Assembly: GCA_964016885.1 (NCBI GenBank) | Contig: OZ024742.1 | Span: forward strand, 317,192,001-317,256,000 | Reading direction: 5' to 3' | DNA from: Eledone cirrhosa | Lineage: Eukaryota | DNA: 64,000 nt | Shown: positions 63,519 to 64,000 of the stretch, piece after piece | Numbering within the stretch: position 1 is the first letter of the stretch | Layout of the letters: every line of letters starts with the position of its first letter | The notes under the pieces: model-generated | What the model saw: the letters and a program-made list of their open reading frames with translations, nothing else | What the model was told of the DNA's origin: nothing | Database searches by the model: none | Position numbers and translations under genes: made by a program

Positions 63519-64000
63519 TGGCTGCCAACTCGTTTTCGAGTACGGCCACTACTTTATATCCATGTAGGAGAACCCCTACCGATACGCTGAACCAGTGTGA
63601 CTTTTTAGTCCAGCCAGTGACTTGAAAATTCTGGTACAAACACTACACTTGTGACAATTATTGACACATAGTGCTCGGCCCATGGTACCATGTGACGACA
63701 AGTGCAGAGAGATCTCCAGATATAAAGCAATGCCTGTGCCGTGAAGCTTTTATTGTGAGCAAAGGCACTGCACAAAGCCAGTCCCACTCTCTTAACCAAG
63801 ATGATATTTACCAAAATGTAGAACAAGTCAACATCATTGGATACCATCAGGGTTGCAGGTATTATATCAGAGTTTTCCTTCTCCTAGAATTCTGCCTTGA
63901 CAAAGGCTAAGGGGTCATCTCTCCCGGTGATTTTGGATGGCCATTGACTCTTAAGAGCTCCTTTGCATTTTGACAGGTTTTGTTTTTAGTCCTGCAGGAT
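63516..64000 (-). mobile_element. Possible RTE-like LINE 5' region
   Basis: RC contains ctaggagaaggaaaactctga, recalled from RTE 5' regions; GC content above the flanks. Confidence 0.3.

Overview
AT-rich, microsatellite-dense eukaryotic DNA that looks like a cephalopod (Octopus-like) genome, judged from its SINEs and repeats. I cannot support any intact host gene; most ORFs in the track are microsatellite or antisense artefacts. The window is a retroelement graveyard. It holds (i) eight Tx1/L1-clade LINE copies, all on the minus strand and all bordered by (GATA)n, including a five-copy stack at 21.8-35.6 kb; (ii) several Penelope-like element (PLE) RT/GIY-YIG remnants in (TA)n; (iii) tRNA-derived SINEs, plus RTE, R4-like, Helitron and Tc1/mariner debris and MITEs. 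The ORF track misses two things. About 18 hammerhead-ribozyme (HHR) motifs can be read by eye, a few with intact cores and many with palindromic stem III. Many PLE-derived units are fold-back (3'-ends-out) hairpins: one has a 13-bp target-site duplication, one has a loop captured from another PLE family, and one GIY-YIG gene is split by a twin-priming-like inversion capped with TTAGGG. All alignments and folds were done by eye, so coordinates may be off by a few nt and family names are from memory.
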